Notes: a model not told the origin generated them from the letters alone. A DNA stretch of 64,000 bases from Gammaproteobacteria bacterium (GCA_965221955.1 CBDCTA010000002.1:96001-160000), one strand, 5' to 3'; counted from the first letter of the stretch, positions 20,334-30,450 are shown. Translations and numbers: made by a program.

Positions 20334-21575
20334 TTAATGACCAACAGAAGCAGCACCACGTTCACCTACTTGTTCGAAACGATAGAAGCGTTCTAATTCA
20401 AATGGCTTTAGCAAATCAGGAAGTTTGTCTGTAGCTAAAGTTTCTGCCATGCGCTTACCACATACGGGTGTAGCTTTAAATCCCCAGGTGCCCCATCCGG
20501 CATCAATATAGTAATTTTGTATTGGTGTGAAACCCATAACGGGACTAAAATCAGGAGTCATATCAGTAATACCTGCCCATTGTCGTAATATTTTCAATTT
20601 TCCAACAAATGGGAAAAGTTCCAATAGATGCATCATTAGCTCTTCTTTGAACTCCAAAGTAGAACGTGTGGAATAGAGAGAATAAGGGTCGCTAGAAGCG
20701 CCCATTACTAACTCGCCACGAGAAGATTGGGAAACATATACATGTAATGAACCAGAAACGACAATAATGTTTAAAAATGGTTTAACAGGTTCTGTAACAC
20801 ACGCTTGTAAGGGAATAGATTTTATAGGTAGTTTGAATCCAGCAAGTTTCGAAACTTCTGAACTTAAACCGGCTACTGCTTGTAATACTTTTCCACAACG
20901 AATATCACCACGATCTGTTTGAACACCAACAACGCGATCATTTTCAAACTTAAAACCTGTTACTTCCGTATGTGTATGAATTTCTATACCGCGATCTGAA
21001 GCACCGCGAGCATAACCCCATGCTACTGCATCATGTCTAGCGATAGCACCTGGAGGATGGTGCAATGCCCCCATGATTGGGTAACGTACATCTTGGCTTA
21101 AGTTTAAGTGTGGACATAGCTTTGCTAGTTCGTCTGGATAAACTAACTCAGAATTAATGCCAAGATGCTTGTTTACTTCTGCTCGCCAACGAGATGTACG
21201 TATTGCTGCATCAGTGTGTGCAAGTGTTAAATGACCTCTTTCAGAGTAGAGAATATTGTAATCAAGTTCATTGCTTAAATTTTGAAATAGTTTTACTGAT
21301 TCATCATAAAAACGTACACCTTCGGGTGTTAAATAATTTGATCGTACGATTGCTGTATTACGAGCAGTATTACCACCTGCAAGATAGCCTTTTTCTAATA
21401 CCGCAACATTAGTGATTCCCCATTGCTTAGCCAGGTAGTACGCGGTGGCTAGACCATGACCACCACCACCTATAATCACAATGTCATAACTAGGCTTAAG
21501 CGAGGCAGGTTTTTTGAAATGCCGTTCTGAAGGGTGGGCTTTACTTAAGCCATATTTTAATAGCCCAAAAGGCAT
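20334..21575 (-). CDS. mgdA: N-methylglutamate dehydrogenase FAD subunit (SoxB-like)
   Basis: GGGGHGLATAYYLA, GGNTARNT, GWGTWGFKATP, C-terminal GAASVGH. Confidence 0.9.
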   Translation of the reverse strand: MPFGLLKYGLSKAHPSERHFKKPASLKPSYDIVIIGGGGHGLATAYYLAKQWGITNVAVLEKGYLAGGNTARNTAIVRSNYLTPEGVRFYDESVKLFQNLSNELDYNILYSERGHLTLAHTDAAIRTSRWRAEVNKHLGINSELVYPDELAKLCPHLNLSQDVRYPIMGALHHPPGAIARHDAVAWGYARGASDRGIEIHTHTEVTGFKFENDRVVGVQTDRGDIRCGKVLQAVAGLSSEVSKLAGFKLPIKSIPLQACVTEPVKPFLNIIVVSGSLHVYVSQSSRGELVMGASSDPYSLYSTRSTLEFKEELMMHLLELFPFVGKLKILRQWAGITDMTPDFSPVMGFTPIQNYYIDAGWGTWGFKATPVCGKRMAETLATDKLPDLLKPFELERFYRFEQVGERGAASVGH

Positions 21576-21687
21576 TCTTAATTACAACTATAATTCTAAA
21601 ATATTCATTCTATAAATGTACTTACATAAAAAGAATTTTAAAAATATTGTGAAGTACATTTTAATATAATTGCTAATTACTATAGAT

Positions 21688-22995
21688 TTAACAGTCAAGA
21701 GTATTTTGTCTTTCCCACTGACTAAGATGGCTTGTGTATTCACGCCATTCCGTCATTTTCAATTTGATATAAGCATCGATAACTTCTTCACCAAGTTCTG
21801 CTCTAAGTATTTTATTTTTCTCTAACAGACGAAGCGCATCTAAAAGAGTAGAAGGAAGTAGTTTTGCAGACCGTACTTTATTGCCTTCTTCATACATATT
21901 TACGAAGCTTGGTTCGCCTGGGTCACGTTTATGGTTAATTCCATCGAGACCTGCTGCAATAATTGCTGCTTGAGCAAGATAAGGATTCATTGCGCCATCC
22001 ATTAAGCGTAATTCAAATCTGCCATCATCAGGTACGCGAATCATGTGAGTACGATTATTTCCCGAATAGGTAACTGCACTTGGTGACCAAGTTGCGCCAG
22101 AAGTTGTGCGTGGTGCATCTATTCTCTTATAACTATTAACTGTTGGATTAAATATTGCGCACATTGAAACAGCATGCTGCATAATACCGCCAAGAAATTG
22201 ATAAGCTATTTTAGATAAACCTAGCTCATCTGTTTTGCTTAAAAATAAATTTTTCTTACCTGTCTTATCCCAGATAGAAATATGGGAATGACATCCATTC
22301 CCAGTTAAATTTGAAAATGGCTTGGGCATAAACGTTGCGCGCATGCCATGATTTTCTGCAATAGTTTTTGTCATATATTTAAAAAATACATGACGATCTG
22401 CAGTGAGTAATACATCGTTATAATCCCAATTCATTTCAAACTGACCATTAGCATCTTCATGGTCATTTTGATAAGGACCCCAACCCAGTTTTAGCATGCA
22501 ATCGCAAATTTCTTTTACAACCGGATAGCGACGCATCAAAGCTTGTTGATCATAACAAGGCTTTGTTTGAGTATCGTATGGGTCTGATAATTCCGTACCA
22601 TCTTCATTTACTAAAAAGTACTCACATTCCACACCCGTTTTAACGCGATAGCCTTTTTTCTGAGCTTTGGCAATTTGTCTTTTAAGCGCTACTCGCGGTG
22701 ATGCTTCAACTTCTTTGCCATCCATCCAAAGATCTGATGCCAACCAACCAATTTCAGGATTCCAAGGTAATTGAATTAAGCTATCTGGATCAGGTACTCC
22801 GAACATATCTGAATCTGCAGGCGTCATATCAAGCCACGCTGCAAATCCTGCAAATCCTGCACCATCTTTTTGCATATCTTTAATTGCACGAGCTGGAACA
22901 AGTTTTGCTCGCAGTACACCAAAAAGATCTACAAAGCTTACAAGAAAATATTTGATGCCTTTTGTTTTTGCAATTTGAGCTAAATCTTTTGCCAT
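21688..22995 (-). CDS. gmaS: Gamma-glutamylmethylamide synthetase (glutamine synthetase-like)
   Basis: KYFLVSFVDLFGVLRAKLVP, GAGFAGFAAW, QNDHEDANGQFEMNW, SGATWSP; located between mgs and mgd genes. Confidence 0.9.
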   Translation of the reverse strand: MAKDLAQIAKTKGIKYFLVSFVDLFGVLRAKLVPARAIKDMQKDGAGFAGFAAWLDMTPADSDMFGVPDPDSLIQLPWNPEIGWLASDLWMDGKEVEASPRVALKRQIAKAQKKGYRVKTGVECEYFLVNEDGTELSDPYDTQTKPCYDQQALMRRYPVVKEICDCMLKLGWGPYQNDHEDANGQFEMNWDYNDVLLTADRHVFFKYMTKTIAENHGMRATFMPKPFSNLTGNGCHSHISIWDKTGKKNLFLSKTDELGLSKIAYQFLGGIMQHAVSMCAIFNPTVNSYKRIDAPRTTSGATWSPSAVTYSGNNRTHMIRVPDDGRFELRLMDGAMNPYLAQAAIIAAGLDGINHKRDPGEPSFVNMYEEGNKVRSAKLLPSTLLDALRLLEKNKILRAELGEEVIDAYIKLKMTEWREYTSHLSQWERQNTLDC

Positions 22996-23099
22996 GTTGA
23001 CTCTCCGTTATTTTGTTCTTATTTGCTTAGCGCTAAGTATGTTAGAGCTACTTGCATATGAAACACATTATTTTACTTGCATGCAATTATTCTACTATC

Positions 23100-24431
23100 T
23101 CATAAATTATTACTACCTGGAATCCAATTTGTGCCTGCTAGTGGCACTTTCGCCATGGCAGCTGACTCTAACGTTAAAGCGACCATGTCCTCAGGTTCTA
23201 AATTATGCACATGGCTTTTGCCACATGCCCGCGCAAGCGTTTGGGTTTCAAGAGTCAGCACACGCAAGTAATTGGCAAGCTTACGTCCACCTAGTATGGG
23301 GTCAAAACGTTGTGCAAGTTTTTCACTTTGTGTACTAATACCAGCAGGATCTTTTCCGTCTTGATAATCATCATAATATCCTGCGGATGTCCCAAGTTTG
23401 CGATACTCTTCTTCAAATTCAGGACTATTGTCACCCAAGGCTATTAGCGCAGCTACTCCAATCGAAACTGCATCGGCTCCTAATGCTAATGCTTTTGCTA
23501 CATCTGCTCCACTGCGTATACCACCTGAAACAATGAGTTGAACTTTACGGTGCATATTCATTTCCGTAAGCGCTTCGACCGCTAAACGCACGGCTGGTAA
23601 AATTGGGATACCAACATGTTCAATGAATACATCTTGGGTTGCTGCTGTTCCACCTTGCATGCCATCTACAACGATTGCATCTGCACCTGCTTTCACCGCC
23701 AACATAGTGTCGTAGTAAGTACGCGTTGCGCCTACTTTTATATATATAGGAACTTGCCAATCAGTTATTTCACGTAATTCTAAAATTTTAATTTCTAAAT
23801 CGTCAGGACCTGTCCAATCTGGATGTCGACAAGCACTGCGTTGATCAATTTCTTGAGGAAGGTCACGCATTTCTGCTACGCGTTTACTTATTTTTTGTCC
23901 AAGTAACATTCCACCACCGCCAGGTTTTGCACCTTGACCAATAACAACTTCAATTGCATCAGCCTTTCGAAGGTCATCAGGATTCATGCCATAACGGGAA
24001 GGGAGGAGTTGATAGACAAGTATAGAAGAGTGACCACGTTCTTCTTGTGTCATCCCGCCATCACCCGTTGTTGTACTTGTGCCTACTTCGCTTGCACCAC
24101 GTCCCAAAGCTTCTTTTGCAGGAGCAGATAAGGCTCCAAAGCTCATACCTGCTATTGTGATAGGAATCTTAAGCTCAATAGGTTTCTTAGCAAAACGGGT
24201 TCCAATCGTAACATTGGTATCACATTTTTCCCGATAACCTTCGAGCGGATATCGCGACATGCTCGCGCCTAAGAAAAGTAAATCATCAAACGATGGTACG
24301 TGACGCTTCGCACCATACCCACGTATGTCATATAAACCTGTTGCTGCCGCACGCTGAATTTCAGCAATAACATGCCTCGGAAAGGTCGCTGATTCTTTTA
24401 GCCATGTATTGAGATCTTCATTTTGTCCCAT
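23100..24431 (-). CDS. mgsC: N-methylglutamate synthase FMN-binding subunit C
   Basis: AGMSFGALS, TTTGDGG, GQGAKPGGGG, DGMQGGT. Probable start ATG 24431, because the longer ORF overlaps mgsB. Confidence 0.9.
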   Translation of the reverse strand: MGQNEDLNTWLKESATFPRHVIAEIQRAAATGLYDIRGYGAKRHVPSFDDLLFLGASMSRYPLEGYREKCDTNVTIGTRFAKKPIELKIPITIAGMSFGALSAPAKEALGRGASEVGTSTTTGDGGMTQEERGHSSILVYQLLPSRYGMNPDDLRKADAIEVVIGQGAKPGGGGMLLGQKISKRVAEMRDLPQEIDQRSACRHPDWTGPDDLEIKILELREITDWQVPIYIKVGATRTYYDTMLAVKAGADAIVVDGMQGGTAATQDVFIEHVGIPILPAVRLAVEALTEMNMHRKVQLIVSGGIRSGADVAKALALGADAVSIGVAALIALGDNSPEFEEEYRKLGTSAGYYDDYQDGKDPAGISTQSEKLAQRFDPILGGRKLANYLRVLTLETQTLARACGKSHVHNLEPEDMVALTLESAAMAKVPLAGTNWIPGSNNL

Positions 24432-24447
24432 AGCAAAACACCCTTGT

Positions 24448-25134
24448 TTAGTAGGCTCCGATATTATCAATATTAAAGTTATATAATTTTCTTGCAGAAC
24501 CATAGCGACGGAACTCTTCAGCATCGATATCTGAAAGATTTGCTTGTTTGAGTAGCTCCTTTAACTCAGCTTTATGCTCTGCTTTCATTGGTTTTTCGAT
24601 GCAGTCTGCACCAAGGCTTGAGACATTCCCTCGAACATATATTCGAGCTTCATAAAGGGAATCTCCAAGAGCATCACCAGCATTGCCGCACACAACTAAG
24701 CATCCTTTTTGTGCCATGAATGCGCTCATATGACCAACACTTCCTTTTACTACGATGTTTACACCTTTCATGGAGATTCCGCATCGTGAGCTTGCATCAC
24801 CTTCAATTACAAGTAGACCTCCATGCGCAGTAGCCCCTGCATATTGAGAAGCGTTGCCTTTAATTCTTACCATTCCTGACATCATGTTTTCGGCGACACC
24901 AGGACCGCAATGACCATTTACTACTATGTTTGCTTGCTTATTCATGCCAGCACAGTAATATCCAACATGTCCGTCAATTTGGATATCTAAACCTTCATCA
25001 ATGCCAACAGCAATGGCATGACGACCTTTAGTGTTGCTTACTTTCCATTTGCTTTGATTTTTAGCAATATCTGAATTATGTAAAGCTGCATTTAGCTCTC
25101 TTACATCAGACTGATCTAGATCAAATTCAATCAT
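24448..25134 (-). CDS. mgsB: N-methylglutamate synthase subunit B (GXGXG beta-helix)
   Basis: GHVGYYCAGMN, GVAENMMSG, RCGISMKG, GDSLYEA, YGSARKLYNF. Confidence 0.9.
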   Translation of the reverse strand: MIEFDLDQSDVRELNAALHNSDIAKNQSKWKVSNTKGRHAIAVGIDEGLDIQIDGHVGYYCAGMNKQANIVVNGHCGPGVAENMMSGMVRIKGNASQYAGATAHGGLLVIEGDASSRCGISMKGVNIVVKGSVGHMSAFMAQKGCLVVCGNAGDALGDSLYEARIYVRGNVSSLGADCIEKPMKAEHKAELKELLKQANLSDIDAEEFRRYGSARKLYNFNIDNIGAY

Positions 25135-25186
25135 GTTAGTTTATAAATTTTTAAATTTATTTTGCAGTGATACGTTCATTTGTTTG

Positions 25187-26083
25187 TTAATGCTTCCAGC
25201 TATAAATCTGTGCTGGAACAGGTTCCCAGCAATGCGCATCTTTCGCTCCTGGCAATACAGCAAGTGCACGATATTCTGATGCCATTGCAACCCAGTCATC
25301 TGTTTCAGCTATCACAGCTGGCTTACATGCGATAGGGTCGCGCATTACTGCAAAACCATCTTTAGTGCCTACTGCAAATGTATAAAACCCATCTAAGTCA
25401 TGAATGGCAGCTGCTAGCGCTTCGTCCAAATCATCACCTTGCTGTAAGCGAGATGCGATATAGCCTGCTGCTACTTCGCTGTCATTGTCGGTATGAAAAA
25501 TGATGCCTTTTTTACGTAATATTCTGCGCAAATGGTTATGATTTGATAGCGATCCGTTATGAACCAAACATAAGTCTTCGCCTGTAGAAAAAGGGTGCGA
25601 GTGATGCGTGGTAACGGCGCTTTCTGTAGCCATACGCGTATGACCAAGAGCATGCGTTCCTGTTAATTCTTGGATGTTAAATTTCTCAATAACACAAGAT
25701 GGTAGCCCCATTGCTTTATATATTTCTATTGAACTGCCTGAACTGATTAATTTAAGCTCAGGGTGATGTTGGTGTAACCAAGCTGTAATACCTTCTTCTG
25801 TACCAGGAACAATATAAGTTGCTTGATTGCTCCTAATTTCAAATCTTACTGGGCCATCATAATGTTGACTTAAATCGTTGGCGACATTTTTCCAGTTATA
25901 GTCCTGTGCAGGGGATAACACAGTTAATTTAGTGTGCTTTTCATCGGTTGGGGTTCTGTAAACTGCTATGCCCGCGCTATCTGGTCCACGTTCGGTCATT
26001 TCGATAAGCATCTGAGATAAATACATACCGAGATGAGATTCGATGTTTTCAGATTTTGAAAATAACCCAACAATTCCGCACAT
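25187..26083 (-). CDS. mgsA: N-methylglutamate synthase subunit A (class II amidotransferase)
   Basis: N-terminal MCGIVG; RGPDSAG, GHTRMATES, HNGSLSN, RDPIACKP. Confidence 0.9.
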   Translation of the reverse strand: MCGIVGLFSKSENIESHLGMYLSQMLIEMTERGPDSAGIAVYRTPTDEKHTKLTVLSPAQDYNWKNVANDLSQHYDGPVRFEIRSNQATYIVPGTEEGITAWLHQHHPELKLISSGSSIEIYKAMGLPSCVIEKFNIQELTGTHALGHTRMATESAVTTHHSHPFSTGEDLCLVHNGSLSNHNHLRRILRKKGIIFHTDNDSEVAAGYIASRLQQGDDLDEALAAAIHDLDGFYTFAVGTKDGFAVMRDPIACKPAVIAETDDWVAMASEYRALAVLPGAKDAHCWEPVPAQIYSWKH

Positions 26084-26115
26084 GGATTATGCCCTGATAG
26101 TTTAAGAACTAAATG

Positions 26116-26148
26116 TTACTATACGTAAAAAAATATTACTGTCAATAA
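26116..26148 (-). promoter_or_regulatory. Sigma70-type promoter of mgsA overlapped by tandem TTAC-N5-(G/A)TAA operators
   Basis: Minus strand TTGACA (26145-26140)-16 bp-TATAGT (26123-26118); TTACtatacGTAA at 26116-26128 and TTACtgtcaATAA at 26136-26148. Confidence 0.6.
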
Positions 26149-26239
26149 ACAAATTAAATGAGTCTAAATCTGTTCGACTAGCAATAAGTTCAGGTGGCTT
26201 AATGGAGTGTCTTATGGATTACTTCTGCATTGAGGGTGT

Positions 26240-26911
26240 TTAAATTTCAGAGGAGTAGTTAATAATAGCTAATATCTCAATTGGGACTTTCATAAGTTTT
26301 TCAGGGCCATGGGGAACTTCACCCGAAAACATTAAAGAGTCTCCAGGCTGCAATATATAAGTGTCGCTGCCGTGTCGATATTCTATCTTGCCTTTTAGCA
26401 CATATATAAATTCGGTACCTAGATGTTGAAAGCTAGGAAATTCTTCGCTTGCATCATCCATCGTTATTAAGAATGGTTCAAAAGACTTTGCTGGGCCTTG
26501 CTCATAAGCAAGTAACTGATAGGCATGTCCTTTTTTGGTTCCTCTTCGAACCACTTGCATACCTTTACCTTTTTTAACGTGTTGAGCGCTTCCCTCAGGT
26601 ACATCATAGTCTCTAAAGAATAATGACATGGGCATGCCTAACGCAGTTGCTAATTTCTCTAAAGTTTCCAAGCTAGCTGAAACGTCTCCACGCTCAATTC
26701 GACTTAACATTCCAGAGCTAATATTGGCGAGTTCCGCAACTTCATTGATGGTTAAGTGGTTTGTGTTCCGCTGTTGGCGAATGACATTACCGATATGATG
26801 TTCGATAGCGAAAGAGGAGTTTCTAGTGGAATTAGCTATGGACTTTGGTTTAGTGGCTCGCTTTGATTTCGAGCTAGCGGTAGATTTCTTTTTATTAGAT
26901 TTTTTAGGCAT
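26240..26911 (-). CDS. XRE-family HTH transcriptional regulator with cupin domain
   Basis: HTH (LTINEVAELANISSGMLSRIERG) plus cupin (FQHLGTEFIYVL, PGDSLMF, PHGP); typical neighbour of mgs clusters. Confidence 0.9.
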   Translation of the reverse strand: MPKKSNKKKSTASSKSKRATKPKSIANSTRNSSFAIEHHIGNVIRQQRNTNHLTINEVAELANISSGMLSRIERGDVSASLETLEKLATALGMPMSLFFRDYDVPEGSAQHVKKGKGMQVVRRGTKKGHAYQLLAYEQGPAKSFEPFLITMDDASEEFPSFQHLGTEFIYVLKGKIEYRHGSDTYILQPGDSLMFSGEVPHGPEKLMKVPIEILAIINYSSEI

Positions 26912-26962
26912 TAGTTAGCTAACAGATATTTAAAATAAGTGTGTATATTCGGGCTATTCTTT

Positions 26963-27634
26963 TTACTTTAGATGGGCTGCAAACTCAATTAAATCTTTTG
27001 CCGTGATATCCGGCGCATACTCCCAAGGATCATATACATTAGTCGGATCTCGTTGTATCCATGCAGCCTTTATTCCTGAGGCTTTGCCTCCAATTACATC
27101 AAAGGGGTTACTAGATATAACCCAGCAGTTGCTAGGAATTACTCCAGTCTTTGTGGCTAAGTAGCTATAAACTGCTGGATTTGGTTTAAAAGTCTTCAAT
27201 TCATCAACACTTACAATATTCTCTAAGTAATCCAATAAGTTTGAATTAGACAGCAATGTTTTTAAAGTTGATGAGGTTCCGTTAGAAAAAGCAACTAGTG
27301 TGTGGTTACTTTGCTTTAGCACTTCGAGTGCAGGCACCACATCTGGGAATAATTTAAGGTTTGAATACAAACCAAGAAGATTATCTTTTTCATTACTTGA
27401 AAAGCTAACATCTAAACAATCTATTGCATACTGCATAGCTTGCTGTATACAAGTATCAAAATTTTGATATTGGTTCATCAATCCGCGACGGAAAGTATAT
27501 TCGAGTTGCTTTTGTCTCCAAATTTTTGCGAATGGCTTAGCTTTTTTACCAATTAGTTTCTGTAAATATACGCTTATTTCTAGCGGGTCAACTAAAGTTC
27601 CATATACATCGAAACCAATAGTTAATTTTTTCAC
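26963..27634 (-). CDS. HAD-family hydrolase (haloacid dehalogenase type II-like)
   Basis: FDVYGTL, WRQKQLEY, FSNG, FKP, SSNPFDV. Confidence 0.88.
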   Translation of the reverse strand: MKKLTIGFDVYGTLVDPLEISVYLQKLIGKKAKPFAKIWRQKQLEYTFRRGLMNQYQNFDTCIQQAMQYAIDCLDVSFSSNEKDNLLGLYSNLKLFPDVVPALEVLKQSNHTLVAFSNGTSSTLKTLLSNSNLLDYLENIVSVDELKTFKPNPAVYSYLATKTGVIPSNCWVISSNPFDVIGGKASGIKAAWIQRDPTNVYDPWEYAPDITAKDLIEFAAHLK

Positions 27635-27888
27635 ATTTAAACTCTGCTAATTTCTTATTCTATAACTATATTATTTTTAACAATGAAATATAGAGAATCG
27701 CTTGATGTAAACCCATATGTTTGCGATGAGACTAACCGGGAAGATATTCCCGTAAGTGAATCAAAGTCAAATTATGGAGTGAAAAACTACCGTTAATATC
27801 ATTAAAACAGCATATTAAGCATAAAAGACTGATTTATAAAGGAAAACACCTATAGCATATAAGCCACCATTCAATTAATGGAGCTCTT

Positions 27889-28212
27889 GTGCGTTTAAAG
27901 CTAGGGACAGCAGTCTTATTATTTTTAATGTTCTCGACGACTTCTGCTGACGAGATTGTTACTTACCTAATTCACACCCGAACTGATACGGGTGAATTTA
28001 TACAAGGTGCTGCATTTACCGATAGTGATCGCTGGGAAGTCGCTGGCTTTGTCATTCTTGAGCAGAATAAAAGAGTTAGATTCACAGGAAGTTGGAATCG
28101 ACAAGGTTCAATTGAAGCAGTTGATAGCCATGGCAAGATGTATATGTTTGATGTTGTTGCGGTAATAGATAGCACACAAGCATTTTATTTAACTGGCATT
28201 TTTTTGATTTAG
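27889..28212 (+). CDS. Small hypothetical secreted protein
   Basis: Signal-peptide-like N-terminus (MRLKLGTAVLLFLMFSTTSA); GGAG RBS before GTG. Confidence 0.55.
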   Translation: MRLKLGTAVLLFLMFSTTSADEIVTYLIHTRTDTGEFIQGAAFTDSDRWEVAGFVILEQNKRVRFTGSWNRQGSIEAVDSHGKMYMFDVVAVIDSTQAFYLTGIFLI

Positions 28213-28266
28213 ACCAAATACTAGGCGTTTCTGGCTATTTCTCTTTCTATAATTTCATCCATAGTA

Positions 28267-29124
28267 TCAATCTAGTGTTGCAGATTGCTTAGTGTATTTT
28301 CCGTAGCCTAAATGGACGATCGTAATTAACCAAGATACAAATACAAATGGTGCTGTTAAAGATGGCCATCCTGAAATAATAAAAGCTTGGGTAACAAAAA
28401 CAGTTAATACGATGCCAATTAATGGGAATATGATCGGTTTCATGTTTTGTAATGCGATAGCTGTTAACACGGCACTGAACCCATAGAGACCGTTTTGAAT
28501 ATTTACATCAGGATAGTTGAGGGCATGGGCCAATAACCAAGTTAGTGTTGTTGCAACTAGGGCCCAAACGAAGCTTGACTTTGAACAAAGTAAAATAGCG
28601 AATAACATTATTGCGCCGGTAATTCCGTTTCCCTGTATATATACCTGACCTACTGCTTCCCCCAGACCCGCAGTATGGATGTTATCGGCAAAATTAAGGA
28701 TATCATTTGCCGGTGTTAGTTTAATAAAATCTCCAATGAGAATTATAAACCAAGTAATAAAAACAAATGGTGCAGTAAACGCTGGGAGTTTTAAATACTT
28801 TGGAATCCATTTGGTAACAAAAATAGATAATACACAGCTCAAGATAAAAACAATGACAGAGGCAATTGCAGTTTGAAAAAAATAAATATTTGCGATACCT
28901 ATTAATGTAGCGTTATAACCAAAGATTCCTAAAGTAATTTCCTTACCGTCAAATTTGAGAAATTTTGCGGTCGCGGTGCCAATGGCTGCACCGAAAAAAG
29001 CTCCTAGCGCCATTTTCCACGAATGAACAGCGATGCTCGCCAAAATAATCAAACCAGATAAAGAACATGGTTGAACAATTACTTGCGCGATGCCAGACAT
29101 CGTATGTTTAAAAAAATTAATCAC
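28267..29124 (-). CDS. Urea transporter (UT/Yut family) channel
   Basis: GIAQV, GxxGYNATL, and duplicated PxxTAPFV signature (LPAFTAPFV, WPSLTAPFV); about 10 TMs. Confidence 0.85.
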   Translation of the reverse strand: MINFFKHTMSGIAQVIVQPCSLSGLIILASIAVHSWKMALGAFFGAAIGTATAKFLKFDGKEITLGIFGYNATLIGIANIYFFQTAIASVIVFILSCVLSIFVTKWIPKYLKLPAFTAPFVFITWFIILIGDFIKLTPANDILNFADNIHTAGLGEAVGQVYIQGNGITGAIMLFAILLCSKSSFVWALVATTLTWLLAHALNYPDVNIQNGLYGFSAVLTAIALQNMKPIIFPLIGIVLTVFVTQAFIISGWPSLTAPFVFVSWLITIVHLGYGKYTKQSATLD

Positions 29125-29292
29125 TTTAGGCTTTGTGTTTTTCTTAATTAAAAGTAATTTAGTAGTGATGGTTTCAACCTTGCTTGCATTTAGCTATTGA
29201 ATATTCCTTATCACTAAAATTAATAAAATTTATTAACAAGTTGACCACCAATGTTTTAAGATTTCTTGAAGGGCGTTACCTATGGCTAATTT

Positions 29293-30450
29293 ATGATTAA
29301 GTCTTCATGGAAAGTGGGTGTATTATTTTCTAAAACAGGTGTTACATCTGTAATAGAAAAAACTCAATTAAATGCTACTTTACTCGCGATTCGAGAAATC
29401 AATACTCGTGGTGGCGTGAATGGCAGGTGTATTGAACCGATTGTTTACGATCCAGAATCTAATCCGGAAAAGTTTCGACAACTTGCTAAGCGTTTAATTA
29501 CAAAAGACTCCGCCAACATCATCTTTGGATGTTACATGTCAAGTGCTCGCAAAGCTGTTATTCCTATCGTAGAAGATTATGAAGGATTGTTATGGTACCC
29601 AACGTTATATGAAGGATTTGAATATTCGAAAAACGTCATTTACACCGGTGCGACACCAAATCAAAATAGTATGTTCTTAGCGCGCTATTTACTCAGTCAA
29701 TATGGCAATCGTTTTTATTTTGTCGGTTCAAATTATATTTATCCATATGAATCAAATCGAATTATGAAGGATATTTTGCAATCTACGGGAGGAAAGGTAG
29801 TTGCAGAAAAATATCTACCATTGAATGCAAGCGTTGAAGATATTGATCCCATTTTAGTAGATATTCTCGAAAAACGTCCGAATGTTATTTTTAGTACCAT
29901 AGTTGGAGCCGCGACTAGTAAGTTCTATAAAAGTTATTGGAGAGCAGGTTTGCAACCTAGGCAAATGCCTATAGCAAGCCTTACCACAAGTGAGGCAGAA
30001 GTTAGTGCCATGGGCTCTGAGGTAGGCGCTGGTCATATAACTGCGGCACCTTATTTTGAAACTGTAAATACAGCTACCAATCAACAATTTGTAAGCAGTT
30101 ATAAATCCATGTTTGGTGCATCAGAATGCACTAACGCTTGCGCCGAGGCAGCTTATTTCCAGGTTAATCTTTTTGCAGAAGTATTACGTCGTGTAGGTAC
30201 CTTGGATACGGACATTGTTCGTACTGCGACACTTGGAACTATTTTTGATGCGCCTGAAGGCACGATACAAATAGATCCTGACAATCATCATACATATTTA
30301 TGGCCTAAAATTGGTCGTGTTGATGGTGATGGTAAATTTCAAATCGTTGCGGAAACAGATGGCCCGGTAAAGCCTGATCCTTACCTAGTTGATCTTGGTT
30401 CGGATAAAAATCTAAACCGTATGCAGTACTTTGAAAGCGAGCTTCGTTAG
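29293..30450 (+). CDS. amiC: Cytoplasmic amide sensor/negative regulator AmiC
   Basis: VGVLFSKTGVT, FGCYMSSARKAV, YPTLYEGFEYS, GATPNQNS, YPYESN; no signal peptide; 2 bp from amiR. Confidence 0.9.
   Translation: MIKSSWKVGVLFSKTGVTSVIEKTQLNATLLAIREINTRGGVNGRCIEPIVYDPESNPEKFRQLAKRLITKDSANIIFGCYMSSARKAVIPIVEDYEGLLWYPTLYEGFEYSKNVIYTGATPNQNSMFLARYLLSQYGNRFYFVGSNYIYPYESNRIMKDILQSTGGKVVAEKYLPLNASVEDIDPILVDILEKRPNVIFSTIVGAATSKFYKSYWRAGLQPRQMPIASLTTSEAEVSAMGSEVGAGHITAAPYFETVNTATNQQFVSSYKSMFGASECTNACAEAAYFQVNLFAEVLRRVGTLDTDIVRTATLGTIFDAPEGTIQIDPDNHHTYLWPKIGRVDGDGKFQIVAETDGPVKPDPYLVDLGSDKNLNRMQYFESELR

Noticed and set aside
16360-21575. Heterotetrameric sarcosine oxidase soxBDAG
   Set aside because: Adjacency to gmaS and mgsABC favours N-methylglutamate dehydrogenase mgdABCD.
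21688-26083. Glutamine synthetase plus glutamate synthase for ammonium assimilation
   Set aside because: The three-way split GltB-like genes and the GmaS-type motifs indicate the methylamine NMG pathway.
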